64,000 bases of DNA from Vicugna vicugna (GCA_013265495.1 MU057651.1:2394948-2458947), one strand, 5' to 3'. Numbered from the stretch's first letter, positions 35,201 to 47,865 are shown. Notes: generated by a model not told the origin, from the letters alone. Numbers and translations are program-made.

Positions 35201-38200
35201 CGGCCGTGCACCACCTGTCCCCCATCCCTCCTCTCCATGTGGCTGGGGAACCCCAGCCCCACGGCCACGGGGAGCACCCCTGGTCCCCCTGTCCTCACGG
35301 GACCTCGACATCGGAAGGCGGTCCCCACTGTCCTCCGCCGGGCCCCCCACCCGGCCACACCGGCCATGCTCCTGCGTGCGGCCTCGGTTAGCTGGTAGAG
35401 GTTCCCTCCCTTGCTCTTCCGGCCTGTCTGACCCACTGTGTTTTTATTACTCCCTCCCTGGAGCAAGATTTGGAACGGAAAAACAAAATAAAGCTCGAAT
35501 TTTCACCTGTCCCCAGGCCCTCACGGGGTCTCCACGTCCCCTGGTTCATGATAAGACCTTCGTGGCTTCTCATTACGTCTCCAGCACCTCGGTTTCCTTC
35601 AGCCCCTGTGTGTTGCCTGAAAATGTCCTTTTCTTCTCTCTTTTCAGAGAACTCGGTTTTCTTGCTCTGGTTTTTTTAAATTTTTTTTTTCATTTTCTCC
35701 TTTTCCTGGTTTTCTTTAAATTGTAGAAGCTGGGGGTCAGTTTTAGACCCTTCATCTTGGTGTTTCCGTAGACTGGCTCTCTTTGAATAAGTAAATGCTG
35801 TTTTTACCCTCCCCCTCCCCCTCCCCCAAAAGAAATTTTTCTTCAAAAAATTAAAGGAAAAGGCAGGAAGGGTGTAAGATTCAGAACACATCCCTAAATC
35901 TGTTTTCACGTGCAGATACTTCCCCCGAGCAGTGGTGGGCTGTGTCTAAGCAGGTGGTGAAGGGAAGGTTCCTGAGGGCATCCACGCCGTGACTTACGAG
36001 GCCGTCCCCTGAACAGAGCATCCTTTGCGAATCTGCCGTCTTCCTCTTCAGAAGGAGAGTCTTTGCTTTTCAGTGCCCCCCTTCTAAGTTAGAGATTTAT
36101 CATTCAGAGCTTGTCCATGTTCGCTGTGCACAATTAAAAGTGTGTTGATGAAACACAGACAGAACAGGACGGGTGCTCAGCTGGGCTGTATCGAGACGGA
36201 GGATGGAGTTTGGCTCATCCCCATCGTCTGCCCGTCAGGGCCCCCGTTCAGTCCCGTGTGTGTTCCCTGCTCGGGACCGCAGACCCGACAGCTGTAATTT
36301 GAAGTAAAGCGAAGTTGATTTGGGCCATTTTGTTCCGTTCCACCTGAAGCCACCCAGCTCGTCCCTCCTCCTGGTGGTCAGCCTGAGACCCCTGTGCGGG
36401 TGGGTGAAGGCCTTGAAAAGGTCACTCGGCCCCTCTCCCCGGAGGCAGGCGAGGACCCACCAGGGTGTTTGGGCGTCGGAGGGGAGCCCTGCGTCTGAGG
36501 GCATGGCCGCCCCTCCCTCCCGGAGGCTGATGAGGGTCCAGGTTCAGAGACGGCTGGGATGCCATGGGCCCGAGGCAGAGGCATCCAGGGGCCGTGTCAG
36601 AGCACAAGCGCGTGCACGCGCAGGCCACGTGTGCTGGGATGCGCACACCCGAGTGCCGGTGGCCGCTGGCTGCTGGCCGGAGCGCTGGCGAGAGTGACTC
36701 CCTGTTACTGGCTTGACCGGGCGCCCTGGGAGCCGCACCCAGAGGAAATCAGATTCTTTCGGCCTTACCCCTTCCAAGCCCTGCTTTAATGCACGTGGAT
36801 TTCTGAAAATGTTCCGGAACGGTGGCTGTCTTCCGAGGTCACAGTAAGGAGCTGGCCAATTCGATGACCCTGGGGTGAGCCCCGTCTCCTGTGCAGGAGC
36901 AGAGGAAGTGGGGAGAGAGGAGCCAGTGCCTGGAGCCTCTTCATCTGAGCCCAGAGCTGGGCTGCAGACACAGCCGGCCCAGAACCGGGCACGGCGCGGA
37001 GGGAAGGAAGGACGCGGGGCGGGTTGGAGCCCAGCACATCCCCGCAGTCGGGGACACCGGTGCGTCACGGCCTCCTTCCTCACGAGCACCCAGCGGTGCC
37101 CCGTGGTGCCAGGGCCGTGCAGGACCCCGGGCCGGCTCGGACGCCGGGGCCCCTGGAGTCTCAGGGAAGGGGCTGGCCGAGCGGGAATCGGGGTGTAACT
37201 GGTCCAGCTCAAGAGTCTCCCCGCACCCCGGGGCTCCGTGTCTGGGGGTCAGGCTGCAGCTCCCCTTTCTGTGAGTCTGGAAGGGCACCCGCTCCTGGTG
37301 CGAGCGATCAGGAGGCGTTCACGCTCTCCTCGGACAAAGCTGGGAGCTCCCCCAGCACAGCAGGCGCCTTAAGGACAAGCACCCCCCACCCCTAGCAAGG
37401 TCCAGGGGTCTGGACCTGGACCTCTCCTTTGCCGCCTTCTCACCTGGGGACCCTCTCGCTGGGGCCGTGACGGGGGAGGGCGCCAGTCCCTGCAGTGCTA
37501 CCCCTGCAGGCGTTCCAAGGGTCCCGGCGGACGGACCCTCACAGCCTAACGGGAGGCTAGCGATCTGCCCGTGACCGCTGGGCTCACCCGCCTTGACGAG
37601 TGCGTGGGGAAGTCAGAGCGCCTTTCTGCCTTCTCCCAGATTCAGATCTGCGTGTGATCGCCACCAGATTTCCACCGCGATCGCCAGCATCTTGAACGTG
37701 GGACAGACCTCCTCTCTCCCATTTTGAGAACAACAAATGTTTCGGCACAAGATCTGGAGTTGTAAGCTGGGCTGTGATGCGGGGCGCATCAGCCCCGGCC
37801 CGGCCAGGGCTCCCCGCCCCACGTGAGCGAGCAGAGGGGCAGTGCGGCCGATTCGAGGGCTCAGCAGGCGCGCGGGCGCCGCCCGGGCCAGGGCACTGGG
37901 GCCAGCCGCTCCGGGAGAGCGCGTGGCGGGTGACCTAGAGGTGGCCCCCCTCGCAGGACCGTGGCGAGGGCTGCAGGGGGTTTACGGAGAGTGCTCCCCG
38001 AGTCCCTGATGTTTGCAAAACCCCAGGCCAATGATTGCCTCCCAGCAGGTGCCGGGCTGACGAGACAGAGTGAGGGCAGGATGGGGAGGGACGGGGCGGA
38101 CACGACAGGATGGGGCAGCTCCTCGCATCCTTCTGCAGTGCGCGGAAGGAGCACCAGCGAGAGGGACTGGCTCAGTTCGCCTCTTCCCCAGGGAGGTGCC

Positions 38201-38504
38201 GAGACCTGATGGTTACAGCTTTGTCTTGTGTTTTTTATTTAAGCTCTTTGTAATTTTAACAGCGTCAACTCTTGAGGGCAACCACTTTCCATTTAATTCC
38301 AAGTCTCCCAAACCAAACAACTAATTCTCTTGGAAAAACAAAATTAACAATTCGCATTCAGCGTCTAAGGATGCCCTGTAATGCTATTTATATCAAACAG
38401 TAGTGGGGGGAAGGGAAGGCGTTCCGACTGAACTCTGTGTGTTCAGGGCTGTGACTTGGCCCCCCAAGACCTCTGCACTTGAACGCTTTTGAGAAAGGCA
38501 CCTT

Positions 38505-38652
38505 TTGTTTATTTTTTAAATGTGTATTTTACTCATTTGTTTTATTTTTAGGTGGGAGAGGTAGTTAGGTTTTGGGTTTTTTTTTTAACGGAGGGGCTGG
38601 GGATTGAACCCAGGGCCTCGTGCACGCTAAGCACGCCCTCCACCCTCCCCCC
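38505..38652 (-). mobile_element. Vic-1-like SINE, head partly deleted
   Basis: ggaggggctggggattgaacccagggcctcgtgcacgctaagcacgccctccaccctcccc, preceded by a T-rich tail. Confidence 0.85.
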
Positions 38653-40069
38653 TAACGCAGCTTTGAGATGAACGGTGTTCACGTCTCGCCCTGTCGCTCC
38701 TTCACTCGTCCGACGGTGGACCAGTGACCAGAACGCCTCCCTGCGTTGCTCCCCGTCACCAGCACGCACGGCCCGTCGCGGAGGGGCTCCTTGGAGGTTG
38801 CCCAACTCCCCTGTCAGGGATCTCAGTGGTGTCCCAGGGAAGTGGGGCTGTTCCGTCACCTAACTGGGGAATTTTATATTCTGCCGTGTGTTGTGATGGC
38901 TGTGATTTTGAAAAGGTCAGCGCCTCCCTTCGCCTCCCCCTCCTTGTCTGCGATGGCTTGGCGCCCCCATGACCCAGAGCGACCGAGATGCCAGAAGTCG
39001 ATACAAAAGGCTGCAGCTCAGTGCAAAGGTCGCTGTGAAGTCAGCATCACCTGGACCGCAGGTGCACCCAGGGGGGCCCCGGGCGACGGCTCTGTGGACG
39101 GGACACGGGGTAGCGGCGGTGTCATTTGGATGATCACAGAACAAGGTTTTGTTAGCAAATAATCGAGGTTCTTCAGGGAATAGCTTTGGAAGTGTAGCCC
39201 AGACTATGCTTCCCCATTATCCTAATATTTTGATAAATTCTTCACGGTTAAAAAAAAATGGCGGGGGAGGATCTTTGGCCAGAGAAGTTTGGAAAAGACT
39301 GGTTTTAAGCAAATCTGAGTAGGTCTGTGTCCTGCAGGAAACTCTTAATACAGTGGGTCATACAACACGTTTAATTGAGCAGCTACTCTGTGCACGTAAC
39401 TCAGTCGCTGGGGTGTCACTTCTGCAGGGAAGACGGCATGTGTGTGCGCGTGCGCGTGCGTGTGTGCAGATCTGTTAAGTCTCAGGACACAGGCACACGC
39501 GGGAAAGCTCTGACCTACAAAACGGAGCAGAAACTTGGAGATCTGAGGTGATGATTGCATTTAAGGGGGCAGCTGATAAAGACGACCCGCGGAAATCGGT
39601 ATTTCGTTTTGAGGGGGACGGAGACACTCATGGTTCCCCCACTCAATACGTGGCTTGAACGTTTTCTAAATTTTCTGCAAACACCTTCTAAGAAAAAGCT
39701 CCTTGGGGAACCCCGGCTGTGCGGACAGCCTGTGACGGTTCACACAGCTTTTGAAAAGGCAGGTGCCTCCCGGGAGAAGCTCAGGTGTGATGCTGGGATC
39801 TGGGGCCCACCTGTCCCAGGTTGGCTGGCGGGTGTCCCAGAGTTCTAGAATGTTCCGGGTTGGCGGTCCCAAGACCCCCAATACACCAGAGGGGGCTCGC
39901 CATCTGCGTGATTTAATGCCGTGGGCGCGGCCCTCCGGGAAGTCCAGCCCTGTTCCTGAGTAATAACACATTCCTTTCAAATAATAATAATAATGCTTTC
40001 TTTTAAACTCTCGCTCCCCCTCTCAGACGCTGCTACAGCCCAGTTTTCTCTTTTCCTTCTTTATTGCAG

Positions 40070-40129
40070 CTGCCTATGCGGCTGACGGCTTTGGGGATTT
40101 TTGTGTGATAATTCCCAGTTCTTTCTCTC
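40070..40129 (+). CDS. IKZF1: IKZF1 alternative 60-nt exon 3B (IK-H-type insert; AAYAADGFGDFCVIIPSSFS)
   Basis: Long pyrimidine tract plus ttgcag| acceptor and |gtaagt donor, exactly 60 nt, phase 1-1, no stop. Resembles the human 20-aa insert VTYGADDFRDFHAIIPKSFS as recalled (about 12/20 identical). Confidence 0.85.
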
Positions 40130-40347
40130 GTAAGTATACACTTTGCATCTGGAAAACGGTCACGTGTATTCATCTCATACTCGTGTCCATCCTGTAAATA
40201 TTGTGAATGCATGCTTTTCCATCACCCGCCTTCATACTTGATTAAAAAAATGAGATAAATTAAATATCGACCATGCTGTTCACTGAAACGTCTGCCGTCA
40301 GGAGCATGACAATACAAGGAGGTATGTACGCAAGGTTTTAGACTGTT

Positions 40348-40503
40348 AAAAGCAAGGGGAACACTGCTCAGTATGTTGCAATAACCTCTAATGAAAAAGA
40401 ATGTATAAACAAATGTATGTGTGTATGTGCATGACGGGGACATGACACTGTGCACCAGAAGTTGACACATTGTAACTGATGGTCCTTCAATTAAAAAAAA
40501 AAA
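40348..40503 (+). mobile_element. L1 3' end with poly(A), about 220 bp downstream of exon 3B
   Basis: ggaacactgctcagtatgttgcaataacc...tgtgcaccagaagttgacacattgtaactg...ttcaattaaaaaaaaaaa. Confidence 0.82.
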
Positions 40504-41544
40504 TGATGGGTGTAGAAAGCATGCCTTTTGTGGCGGCAGGGTGGTAACAGTGAGGGCAGAAGTGACAATAGTATTAACAGAATTATTGCTCTGCAAATGC
40601 TGTTAAACCGTCTTGTTATTAATGTTCTGATTCTCTGCTTTTTTGTGGATGGAGTGCGGTGCTGAGGGCCGGACTTCCTGACACCCTTAAGCAACACGAC
40701 GTGCTTTCAAGATGCATTTTACATGCTTGTAGGGTGGGAGGCAGAGACACACCCTCCCCCTGTGGCTCTTCAGTGCTCATTTCAGAAGTGAGAAGGGACA
40801 CATCGCAGGGCTTCGCGGCCGTTAGCCCGTGGTCCCCGCCCCCCGAGCAGCGGCCGGTGGGACCTTCCTGATCTGAGCTGTCGGACCAAAAGCAGATGTT
40901 GCTTTCATTTTGCCTTTTTAGGTTTGAGAGAGGGCGATAAATACATTTGGGCAACATCCCTAAAGGAGTATTTGAAGGAGTGAGGAGTGCTTTTTCTAAA
41001 AGGTGCAGGGAGCCGGGTGCTTAAAGCAATGCAAGCGGGTTGCCCCCTTTAGGACTCCAGACTCTGCATCAGGGAATTTTGCATTATCATAAGGCAGCGT
41101 GAGAAGGCACATGGTGCGTGTTAATACCGTTCACAGTACACACTGTCCTAAAAGATGTCAGTAACAGTTAAGACAGGTCTGTGACATCCCGGTGATCAGA
41201 AACTCTTTGGTACCTGCAAGGTTTTGCACTGTCAGCCTGAGCCGTCTCGTTTTCTCATAACCTCGATTGGCTGCTTTTCCAGTCTGTAAAAGTTGCAGAG
41301 ATCTTTCTCTTCCTCATGTCTCTGTGAGTTCGCTGAAAAACAACAGCTTCATGTTTACTGTGAGACGTATGCGTAAGTCTGTATAAATGTGCATGTGTCT
41401 GCGTATATGTGCGAGTGTGCCTATACGGTGACTTAAAACACCACGGTACCAGGGCAGAGAAATAATCTCAATTTCGAGACGGACAGTCACGTTGCAGAAA
41501 TGAGAAAAAGTCAAGTGCGCTTGAGAGTAAGCTAATACCAGAGC

Positions 41545-41711
41545 GGGGCGGGTGTTGCTCAGGGGCAGAGCGTGTGCTTAGCATGCACGAGGTCCTGGGT
41601 TCCATCCCCAGCCCCTCCACTTAAAAAAACAAGCAAAAAATTAATTTAAAAAAATACATAAAGAAACCTAATTACCTCCCCGCTCCAAACATAATAATAA
41701 TAATAATGAAA
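41545..41711 (+). mobile_element. Vic-1-like SINE
   Basis: ggggcgggtgttgctcaggggcagagcgtgtgcttagcatgcacgaggtcctgggttcc...aaacctaattacctcccc...(aat)n tail. Confidence 0.9.
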
Positions 41712-42225
41712 GAGCAAGGTGATACCTTCCAAGACGCGTTTGCATTAAGTCTGAGGAAGGCTCGGGCATCTGGCACCATCGAAGCTGACCCTCTGGTGAA
41801 AACCTCAGACCCCACTTTACGGCGTGGACAGAGACACAGGGTCTGGAGGCGTTGCAGGTGACCATGTTTTGATTCACTGCCTGTCTCTATATTACACAGT
41901 TGGGTTCACAGGGTATAAGCACCCCTTTGTCTCCTTCTCCATCCCCTCCCGGGTACCCGAATTGTAACCCTCCCCCTCCGCACTCCCCACTCCCCCCCAC
42001 CTCCCGCCCCCAAACAGCAACCCAGCTGTTCTGGGGCCAACATCACCACCTAGAGGTCACGGTGGAGAATTACCCTCCTGACCCCTCATCTCTTTTTCTT
42101 ACTACTTGAAAATTGATAACACAAACTGGCCACCTCTTTTCGCTACCCCCCCCCGATTTCACTCCACTTAAAAGCTTAAAACGTCAAAGAAGGGTAAACA
42201 TTTTTTTTTCAGCAGCCAAACGTAT

Positions 42226-42463
42226 CTTTTATTTTTTTTTTACTGAAGTATCATCAGTTGGCAGTGCTGTGTCAGTTTCTGGTGCCCAGCGTCATGTCCC
42301 CGTCATACGTGCACATACATATATTTTTATATTCTTTTTCATTACAGGTTACTACAGGGTGTTGACTAGAGGTCCCTGTGCTTTGCGGGAGGACCTGGTT
42401 GATCTGTTTGATACATAGCAGTTAATGTCTGCAAGCTGTAAATTCCCAGTTTATCCCTTCCCA
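42226..42463 (-). mobile_element. L1 3' end
   Basis: ttttactgaagtatcatcagttggcagtgctgtgtcagtttctggtg...aaattcccagtttatcccttccc. Confidence 0.82.
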
Positions 42464-42489
42464 AGCTAGCAGTTCTCCAATGAATAGGA

Positions 42490-42775
42490 AAAAAATATTT
42501 TTAAAAGATGAAGAAAAGATTTGCAAAAGAAGAAACTGACAAGGGCGGGATTTCCATAATATATAAACAGCTCACACAGCTTAATAAGAAAAAACAAAAA
42601 CAAAAACTCAGTCCAAAAATGGGCAGAAGACCTAAGCAAGCAATTCTCCAGTGAAGACATACAAATGGGCCACAGGCACATGAGAAAATGCTCAGTGTCG
42701 CTAATTGTCAGAGAAATGCCGATCAAAACTGCAGCGAGGTGCCACCTCACGCCGGTCGGAACGGCCATCCTTCAA
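42490..42775 (+). mobile_element. Degenerate L1 ORF2 fragment (C-terminal region)
   Basis: The antisense ORF 42466-42768 ([46 protein letters not shown]) is the typical antisense reading of L1 ORF2; the sense strand resembles EKIFA...REMQIKTT..YHLTP. Confidence 0.9.
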
Positions 42776-45700
42776 GAGGATAAACGTATTTCTAATCATG
42801 CATCTCTGCAAGGAGAAAGAACCCTACATTTCATAAGTTAGAATAAATGGTTTTATGAGCCTTAAAAATGCTTAAAAGTCTTCCTAAATCCGTTAGAGGC
42901 AGCGCAGAAACATGGCTTCACCTGAAAGCTTCATTCTGTTACCCTCATTCAGGCTACACCTTAAATATTGTTGTTGCATTCAATGTGTTGCTGGGTGGTG
43001 GCCGGTGGCCGGAATATTTCTGTTTCTTGTTTTGCCGTTGAAAATATTGAGCAGTCCAGGTTCACATGGCCTCAACTCGTACTGCAGAGCCAGTTGGGGA
43101 ATGTCTTTTCAATGGGAAAATGCAGTCTGAGTTCCAAATATTTACCTGAGCAATTAAGTATAAAGAAACATTCTAAAAGGAAAAAGAGAATGAAGGGGAG
43201 ACACCATCCATTTGTAAGGCGGGGGCTGCACTTTGCGTTAAAACGTTTTAATCGTTCGTGACTGCACGCGATGCTTGGCGGCAAATCTGGGCCTCTGGCC
43301 CCGCTGACCCAGAATCACCCGGATTCTGCAGAATCTTCCGTGCCAAACTTGCCCATGTGCTGAGGTTCCGGGGCCGGGGGCGGGGAGGGTGCCCTTAAGA
43401 CCGTCCTGTTACTAACACCATCGCTGTGAACGCGGCCTCTGAAACATACGCCGGCGAGACTTTAGTTTTTCCTAATTCTGAATTGCTTCTGTGAAGGAAC
43501 GTGGCTTCGGCTCAGGGTTTGAAGACACCCAGTCTTCGCGTGATTAAATAGTGACACGGGACCCTGTCCGTCAGCTCTCGGTAGTCAGAGGGAGAGCTGC
43601 CGGGTTAGACGCGAGCCAGGGTGGTCCAGAGTTCTCCGATCCGTGTTCTGTGTTTCGGCACCTTACCGAGCCGGACATTTTTCTAAGCGGTGGGGGATGA
43701 AGTTATAAAAGATTTAAAAGCATGACCCTTCGACTCAGGAGAGTGTAACATTTCACAGACGCTAAGCAGCTTGGGGTCCAAGGAGATGGGGCGGAGGGAG
43801 GGGTCTGGGAATTGGGAGGAGGCTGACATCAGCCCTGGCCACTTCCCATGGGGACAGCCGCCGTGGGGTGGACCCAAGTTGAGGGGGACTGACTCATTCC
43901 TGAAACTGACACACAGCCCCGGGGCGGGTCTGAAGGGAGGAGACTGAAGGCCTGGTCACATGGCCTTCTCAGCGAGGGGAGTCAGAAGCCAGCCTGTCCC
44001 TTTGGCTGGGCCCCCGGGCGTCTGCTTACGACAGTGCAGGGGACGGGCAGCTCAAATTAGTCCCCCGCGTCGCCTCGGGCATCCGTCCCCTCTCCCCCTT
44101 CCCTGGTCCGGGCAGCCGCTGGTGCCTGACTTCTGCAGCTTGTGTGCCTCAAAATCATGGGTACCCCCGGCACCCAGATCCACACAAGTCACACGCAGGG
44201 ACAAGGGCCAGCCCTCTGCACACGAGCGCCCGTCCCTTCTGCGGCTCCTTGAGTGACAAGCTGCCTGCAGGGGAGCCTGCCAGCCAGGCTTGGACGAAGC
44301 CACCGCCTTGTGGAGGCCACCCCTCCTTCACCCCACCTCCTCCCTCCCTCCTGGAGCCTGCTTGCTCGAGATGCTCGGGGTCTCACCCCTCTTAGCGCGA
44401 GGCGTGTTTCTCTGAGTCCCGCACGTCCCGTCCCCTCAACGTCCCCGGGGACCGGCTTCTGTGTCCCTTTGATGTCCTTCCTTCCTGCTGACCCTCCTGG
44501 GCCGTGCTCGCCTGTCTTCGAGGAGGCGTCCTGCCTGGCCAGTGCAGGAGACCCGGTTGTCCACTAACCCAGGCCCCCAGATGGCATCTTCCGCCCTCTT
44601 TTCTTGGACCACACCGCTGCCCTAGCTCTCCGTCCCCTAAAACCCTCAAAGCCATTTTCACGCGGACATAAGTGAAGCCAAGAGACCCCTGTCCCAAGCT
44701 CACGTGTCCAATGCGTGCACTTCAATGCAGGTGGACCTGGCTCGTGCGTCTGTGAAGTTCGCCTTTGGAGGCCTGGACTGTGTCTGCCTCGTGTTAGGGT
44801 AGTTATACGCCCGGATGTCTGTCATCTCCAAAATTATAAGCCTGTGGCCCGTTTGCTCCTGCTCGTCGGATGAGAGACCCCGTTTTTGCAGACACCCTCC
44901 CTGATGGGCAGAATCAGGGCCTAGTTTGCATCTGTCCATGGAGATGGACACATCTCTCCCCACATGGAGGGAAAACTCGCACGTGCTTGCAGCGGAAATG
45001 CCGGCAGCCACATGCTCCTCACCTGTAACCCCCGCAGGCGTCCTGTCCCCTCTCTCACCTGCCACAGAGCTGCCCCATCGTGCCCTGGCATGGCGTCTCT
45101 TGTAAGGAGCCCTTGGTCCAGCCCCTCTTATGTATGGTCCCTTGATCTGGGGGGCCACGCTCTGGGGGTCGGTCAGCACACTTTTTCTCGGAAACCTAGA
45201 ACATCACAGCATCCTCAACTTTATTCTTCGAACCTTGCCTGTTCCTGCAATTTACAACCAGCTCCCCCCACGCCTTTCCATCTCCTAGCCTCTTTTTGGT
45301 TCTATTAATACAGTTTTCTCAGAGAAGATGTCGCCTGGCATGGTTAATGGCAAAGACATGCCTTCAAGAACCGCTGGTCAGATGACGGACGGGTGTCAAT
45401 CTTCTGGCTGGAGGGCCCCTGGGATATTTAAGGCGACTTCTGTCCTGCCCTTGGCCGTCTCTGTCCTCGTCCCCTTCCCTCCTGACACCCGTCCCCTCCT
45501 CTGCCAGCATGGGAGATGTCAGCACTCAAAGCCCGCCGCTGCGTCCCTGCAGCCTGCTCCCTGCTCCTCCCCCGGAAGGCGCCACGCCGTCCCCGACGTC
45601 ACAGGCCACAGGGCGCCCCGAAGGGTCACAGAACACCTGTCTGTCTGAATAAGGCAGGGCCAGCGGGGGTCCCTGGCAGGTGAGCCTGTGCAGATGTGCG

Positions 45701-46349
45701 TTTGGGGGAAAGCAGGGGCCGGCTCTGTGCGGAGCCGAGCGGAGGACCATCCCGAGGGGGCTGTCCGGGCGCTCGTCCACCTGCCTGGGCCTAGTCCCCC
45801 AGCTACAGCCCCGCGTCTCGGCTCTGGTAGCTCACTCCACTGGGCCCTGCGAAGGCCCCATCTCATCTTTAAAAGCCAGCCGATGGACTGATTAAACGTA
45901 GTCCCGGGCTAAGGGGTGCAGAGGTCTTTTAGGTGTAGAATTAGCCTCCACCTGAGAAGCTAACCAGCACGTGGCAGAGAACGCGAGTCTGGAGAGCTCA
46001 GAGCTCAGACCGAGGCCGGGGGCATCCTTGGCTGTCTGGTCTCCCTTCTCCGCCGTGTCTGCAGGACTCGGTGCCTTGTCTCTGGAGGCCGGGGGAGGTC
46101 AGCAGGCGGCCGCTGAGATGCAGGCCGCTCCTGGGAATCTTGGACGTCTCAGGACAGTCTGCCGGGATGCAGGGATCGCACGGGAACAGGTGGCCCTGCA
46201 GTTCTGGAATCTTCTTGCCCACAGTGAGGGCTGTGGTCCAGCTCAATGGTTCCATTCACGCATTTGTCTGCAAGTCTTCTCTCCAGAGAGCTCGGGGGAA
46301 TCCTGGGTGGGAGAGCAGATGGGAACGCGGGCGCAGGAGCCGCTCCCAG

Positions 46350-46470
46350 CTCCGCCGCTGTGTGACCCCAGGCAAGTTGCTCGACGTCTCTGTGCCGGAG
46401 CTCCTCCAGCTGTGAAATGCAGTAGCAGTGCCTCGCTTATAGGGCTGTTGTTAAATATTACGGGGTTCAA
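46350..46470. mobile_element. MIR fragment
   Basis: ctgtgtgaccccaggcaagttgctcgacgtctctgtgcc...ctgtgaaatg...cctcgcttatagggctgttg. Confidence 0.7.
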
Positions 46471-46519
46471 TATTACAGTGCGGTGGCCATTCCTGGGGTG
46501 AGGCGGACGCCCCTTCTGT

Positions 46520-46930
46520 GGAAACGTGACGTCACGTGCCATGCTGGTCAGTGTTGTAAGCTCACTCGGCATCTCTTCACCCACTGTGTCCCCTCAGTGC
46601 CCCCACTGGACCATGGCTGACAGTTACCCCATCGTTTTTACAGATGAGGAAACCGAGGTATAAAGAAGCTACGAGGCTTACCCAAGATCCCAGAGCTTAT
46701 GACGAGTGGAGCTGGGAGGAGGGTGTAGCTCAGGGGCAGAGCCCGTGCCTTGCGTGCATGAGGTCCTGGGTTCCATCCCCAGCACTGCCCTTAAAATAAA
46801 TTAAAATATAGACCTAATTACCCATCCTCTACACCCTCTGCCAAAATAAAAAAAAAAAAAAAGAGAGAGAGAGAGAGAGGAGCTGAGATTCCAAGCCAGA
46901 AACTGTGGCTTCAGAGTCTGGGCTCTGGAC
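46520..46930. mobile_element. MIR (opposite orientation to 46350-46470) split by a SINE
   Basis: tttttacagatgaggaaaccgagg...cttacccaagatcccagagct..[SINE]..gagattccaagccag...ggcttcagagtc. Confidence 0.72.
46714..46879 (+). mobile_element. Vic-1-like SINE nested in a MIR
   Basis: gggaggagggtgtagctcaggggcagagc... with an A/(GA)n tail; ggagctg is present on both sides (TSD). Confidence 0.88.
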
Positions 46931-46985
46931 TTCCCCAGCATGAGGCATGTGTTGAGTGAAATGAACCTGGGGGGGAGTTACTAAC

Positions 46986-47170
46986 ACAGGTTCCCTCCCA
47001 TCTGAGTGTCCGTTGGAATCCTCTGGGGGCTTCGTGGCAACGCCAGGGCGGGGCCCACCCCTGGGGTTTCCGGTTCAGTGGGTCTGGGGTGGACCCACGA
47101 GTCTGCTCCTTGGGCAGGATCTCGGGAGATGCTGGTGGTGGTGCCCGGGGACCACGCTCGGAGAGCCCCA
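46986..47170. mobile_element. MER5A-like hAT-Charlie MITE relic
   Basis: ggaatcctctgggggctt...gggcccacccctggggtttccggttcagtgggtctggggtgg...gatgctggtggtggtgcccggggaccacgctcggaga follows the MER5A layout. Confidence 0.75.
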
Positions 47171-47865
47171 TGATTCACAACGTTGGGCGAAGGTTTTGTC
47201 ACCGTGGTTCCTGTCGGTCCCGTTGGTTACTTTACTTGGCAGAGTGTACCTACTTCCTCTTACTAATCTTACTGACTCTGATGGAAATGACGGCTTTCAG
47301 CGTGACTACAGGTTATCCCAACCAGCGTTGGATTCAGCCATGCATCAGCGTTTCAGAAGAATGCAAATCAAATGTCTTGTTTCCTTTACCAAGAAAAATA
47401 CGTGCATGGCGTGAATCATGACCCTGACTGTGACGCTGGGGAAACAGAGCAGGGTGGATGGTGGCTACTATACTCGGTGGGAGGAACCCTTCGCCCCACA
47501 CGTGCACAGGTCTTTCTTGTTGAAAAGCTAGCCGAGACCTCTTACGTTCACAAACCATCCCCGTCAACCCTTCAGGAGCTGGAAGAAAACCTAAGAAATC
47601 ATGGGTCTGCTTTAGGACACATGGCTTATTATCATTATGTGATAAAAGGGATGGAGAATGATGGTGCATCAAAGAAACGAAAGAACAGAACTCTTTCAGG
47701 AATCCGTGGTCAGAAATCTGAGCATGCGTTCACTGGGTTGTGTCCCTACGTTTATCAATCCATGAAACAAACAAACAGAAAAGGTAGCAGCGGAAAGTGA
47801 GGTTTTTTTCAGGCTTGATAAGCACTTTCTAGGGATTTTTGCCAAACAAGGTCACACACACCTCC

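Noticed and set aside
42466-42768. 100-aa minus-strand ORF resembling database hypothetical proteins
   Set aside because: It is the antisense reading of a decayed L1 ORF2 fragment.
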